This document shows, in pieces, positions 60,854-64,000 of a stretch of 64,000 bases of DNA. The stretch is from Vulcanimicrobiota bacterium (GTDB taxonomy: Bacteria; Vulcanimicrobiota; Vulcanimicrobiia; Vulcanimicrobiales; Vulcanimicrobiaceae): contig OY968762.1 in NCBI GenBank assembly GCA_963695225.1, positions 1,280,001 to 1,344,000 on the forward strand, written 5' to 3'. The position numbers and the translations under genes were made by a program. The notes under the pieces were generated by a model. It was not told the DNA's origin. It made no database searches and saw nothing but the letters and a program-made list of their open reading frames with translations. The first letter of the stretch is position 1. Each line of letters starts with the position of its first letter.

Positions 60854-61954
60854 GCCGAGCGGCGCCTCACTTGCAGATAAGGCCATACGAACGTGTCGAT
60901 GTCGCCGTCGAGGACGCCCTGCGCGTTCCCGGTTTCGACATCCGTGCGATGATCCTTCACCATTTGATACGGTTGCAGCACGTAGGAACGAATCTGCGAG
61001 CCCCACTCGTTCGCCTTCCGTTCGCCGCGCAATTCCGCGAGCTTTGCCTCGCGCTCCTCGAGTTCGCGCTGCGCGAGCTTCGCCCGAAGGATGTTCATCG
61101 CGACCTCGCGGTTCTGTGTTTGCGAGCGCTCCTGCTGCGAGGAGACGATCAGCCCCGTCGGAACGTGGATGAGCCGGATTGCCGATTCAGTCTTGTTCAC
61201 GTATTGTCCGCCCGCGCCGCCGGACTTGAACGTCTCGATCCGCAAGTCTTCGGGGCGGATCTCGACTGCGATCTTCTCGTCCCCGGCGATCTCCGGGATG
61301 ACGTCGACCGACGCGAACGAGGTATGCCGGCGATGCGCCGCATCGAATGGCGAAAGCCGCACGAGCCGGTGCACGCCGCGCTCGCCGTCGAGCATCCCAT
61401 ACGCGTTCTTCCCGCGCACGAAGAACGTGATCGATTTGAGCCCCGCCTCCTCGGCGGGCGACTCGTCGACGACGTGCGTCGCAAAGCCCTTGCGTTCGGC
61501 CCAGCGCAAATACATCCGGGCGAGCATCTGCGTCCAATCGGCCGCATCGATCCCGCCGGCGCCCGCGAAGATCGAGACGATCGCGCCGTGGTCGTCGTAC
61601 GCCCCGTCGAAGTTCGCGGCCATCTCGAGCGCGTCCGTCCGCCCCTGCGCCTGCTCGATCTGCGCGTCGATCTCGCCCGCGGCGGCCGGATCGTCCCCGA
61701 AGAGCTCGAGCATCTCGCGCCCGTCGGCGACGAGCTTCTCGGCGACGTCGATTTCCACGACTTCCGCGCGCAGATCGGCGAGTTGCTTCATCGTCTTCTG
61801 CGCGGCCTCGGCGTCGTCCCAGAAGCCGTCCGCGCGGGAGCGCTGGTCGAGTTCGGCTACCGCGCGAGCCTTTCCGGCGTAGTCAAAGACGCTCCTTGAG
61901 CGACGCGAGGCGATCGGCGAGCCGCGCGAGGCTCGTGAACTGCGAATCGCTCAC
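60850..61954 (-). CDS. prfB: Peptide chain release factor 2 (programmed +1 frameshift)
   Basis: GTG 61954...AAG GAG CGT CTT TGA C TAC; SPF and GGQ motifs in the +1 frame. Confidence 0.96.
61882..61896 (-). promoter_or_regulatory. prfB frameshift cassette
   Basis: AGGAG-CGT-CTTTGAC. Confidence 0.95.
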
Positions 61955-64000
61955 TTACGCTTCGTTCCCGTGGCAGCGCTTGTACTTCTTCCCCGAACCG
62001 CACGGGCACGGGTCGTTGCGCCCGACCTTCTTCTCCGGCAGCGTCCGCACGGGCTTGCGCGGTTCGTCGTTGCCCAGGTTCGTGTGGAGATCGACGGACC
62101 GCTCCGCGCCCGGCGGGGGCCCCAGCAAACGCTCGGCGGCGACCGAATCTAGGCGCGAGGGCTGCGGTGCGAGCGATCCGTCCGGAACCGGTTCGAACGC
62201 CGGCGCCGGCGCGCGCCCGTTCGTGGGGGCTTCCTGCGCCGGCTGCTCTTCCGTTTGCGCGCCCGTGCCGTCCGGGAACGCGACGTAGCCGGTCCCCGGT
62301 TCGTCGTCCTGCCGTTCGATCGTGATCCGGAAGACCGATTTCAGCGATTCGTCGGCGATGTTCGTCTTGAGATCCTCGAAGATCTCGTACGCCTCTTTTT
62401 CGTATTCGACGCGCGGATCTTTTTGGCCGTAACCGCGCAAGCCGATGCCGGTCTTGAGCGCGTCCATCACGTAGAGATGGTCGACCCAGAGCCGGTCGAT
62501 CGTGGGCAGCATGATGTACTGCGACTCGATCACGCGCATCAGGTCGGGCGAGAGCTCGGCCTCCTTCGCCTCGTACGCTGCGACGCCGATCGCCTCGAGC
62601 CGCGCCTTCATCTCCTTGCGATCGATCTTCTCGAGCTCTTCGACCGTCATGCGCGCCTTGACCGGGAAGAACAGCTCGAGTTCGCTGAGGATCTCGGCGA
62701 GGTCCCACTCGCTCGGGTGGACGTTCTCCGGCGCGTTCTGGTCGACGGCGTTCTCGACCTTATCGTGCAGCGTTTGCAGCATGAAGTCGCGCGTCGGGAA
62801 GGTGGACGCGAGGATCGCCCGGCGGTCGCCGTAGATGATCTCGCGCTGTTTGTTCATGACGTCGTCGTACTCGAGGACCGACTTGCGGATCTCGTAGTTG
62901 TGGTTCTCGACCTTGCGCTGGGCGTTCTCGAGCTGGCGCGTCACGAGCCCGGCTTCGATCGGCGTATCGTCGGTGAAACCGACGCGATCCATGATGTTCT
63001 GCATCCGGTCGCCGCCGAAAAGGCGCATGAACTCGTCCTGCAACGAGTTGTAGAAGCGAGTGGTCCCGGGGTCGCCCTGACGTCCGGCGCGCCCGCGGAG
63101 CTGATTGTCGATCCGGCGGGATTCGTGCCGCTCCGTCCCGATGATGTGCAGCCCGCCCATCTTCGCCACGCCGTCTTCGAGCTTGATGTCGACGCCGCGG
63201 CCGGCCATGTTCGTCGCGATCGTGACCGCATTGCGCTGCCCGGCGTCCTTGATGATCTGCGCCTCTTGTTCGTGATACTTCGCGTTGAGCACGTTGCACT
63301 CGACGCCACGCCGGCGCAGGAGCGCCGCTAGCCGCTCGCTCTTCTCGATCGAGCGCGTGCCGACGAGGACCGGCCGCCCCTGCTCGTGCTCCGCCACGAT
63401 CTCGTCGACGACCGCGTTGAATTTCGCCTCTTCCGTCTTGTAGACGATGTCGGACTGGTCGCGCCGCGCGATCGGCTGGTTCGTCGGGATCACGACGACG
63501 TCGAGGCCGTAGATGTCGCGGAACTCGCGCTCCTCCGTCTTCGCGGTGCCCGTCATCCCGGCAAGCTTCTCGTAGAGCCGGAAGTAGTTCTGGAACGTGA
63601 TCGTCGCGAGCGTCTGATCCTCGCTGCGAACGTTGAGCCCTTCCTTCGCCTCGATCGCTTGGTGGATGCCGTCGGAGTAGCGGCGCCCGTACATCAGGCG
63701 CCCTGTGAACTCGTCGACGATCACGACCTCGCCGTCCTTGACGATGTACTGCTGATCGAGGTGGAACAGATTCCACGCCTTGAGCGCGGCGTTGAGCTGA
63801 TGCGTCAGTTCGAGATTGCGCTGATCGTAGAGGTTCGTGATCCCGAGCATCTTCTCGACGGAGGCGACGCCCTGCTCCGTGATCGGAACCGCGTGGGCCT
63901 TCTCGTCGACCGTGAAATCGACGTCCTTCTTCAAGCGCGGAACGATCTTGGCGAACTTGCCGTAGAGATCGGTCGCTTCCGTCCCCTGGCCGCTGATGAT
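61955..64000 (-). CDS. secA: Preprotein translocase SecA (5' part outside window)
   Basis: IVDEFTGR, GMTGTA, ATNMAGRG, QLRGRAGRQGDPG, CPCGSGKKYKRCH motifs. Confidence 0.97.
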   Translation of the reverse strand: MISGQGTEATDLYGKFAKIVPRLKKDVDFTVDEKAHAVPITEQGVASVEKMLGITNLYDQRNLELTHQLNAALKAWNLFHLDQQYIVKDGEVVIVDEFTGRLMYGRRYSDGIHQAIEAKEGLNVRSEDQTLATITFQNYFRLYEKLAGMTGTAKTEEREFRDIYGLDVVVIPTNQPIARRDQSDIVYKTEEAKFNAVVDEIVAEHEQGRPVLVGTRSIEKSERLAALLRRRGVECNVLNAKYHEQEAQIIKDAGQRNAVTIATNMAGRGVDIKLEDGVAKMGGLHIIGTERHESRRIDNQLRGRAGRQGDPGTTRFYNSLQDEFMRLFGGDRMQNIMDRVGFTDDTPIEAGLVTRQLENAQRKVENHNYEIRKSVLEYDDVMNKQREIIYGDRRAILASTFPTRDFMLQTLHDKVENAVDQNAPENVHPSEWDLAEILSELELFFPVKARMTVEELEKIDRKEMKARLEAIGVAAYEAKEAELSPDLMRVIESQYIMLPTIDRLWVDHLYVMDALKTGIGLRGYGQKDPRVEYEKEAYEIFEDLKTNIADESLKSVFRITIERQDDEPGTGYVAFPDGTGAQTEEQPAQEAPTNGRAPAPAFEPVPDGSLAPQPSRLDSVAAERLLGPPPGAERSVDLHTNLGNDEPRKPVRTLPEKKVGRNDPCPCGSGKKYKRCHGNEA

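Overview
A GC-rich bacterial chromosome segment. Gene content and style suggest Vulcanimicrobiota/Eremiobacterota, but this is inference only. Most of the window is housekeeping: ABC transporter, tldD/pmbA, dacB, RND transporter, tRNA-Leu(GAG), oppBC, rpoD-dnaG, ppdK, a complete arginine cluster with an ARG box, glyQS, rlmN, a frameshifted prfB and partial secA. The accessory stretch between dnaG and ppdK (30.5-39.7 kb) holds the two most interesting items. (1) A three-gene module: a SARP/BTAD-AAA-TPR regulator, an 80-aa small protein and a sedolisin (S53) protease. Both putative target genes carry the same promoter box, GGACGR-WWWTC-GGACR, ending exactly 8 bp before a TAnnnT -10 element, which resembles the AfsR-afsS arrangement. 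(2) A decayed 2.5-kb tyrosine-integrase element inserted after codon 6 of an HD-family phosphohydrolase gene, with att sites that can be reconstructed from the sequence. Other signals: an ATPase gene preceded by four TTGACAG repeats, nested perfect inverted repeats between argB and argF, a probable CTG start codon in oppB, and an amidinotransferase-fold protein lacking its catalytic Cys and His.
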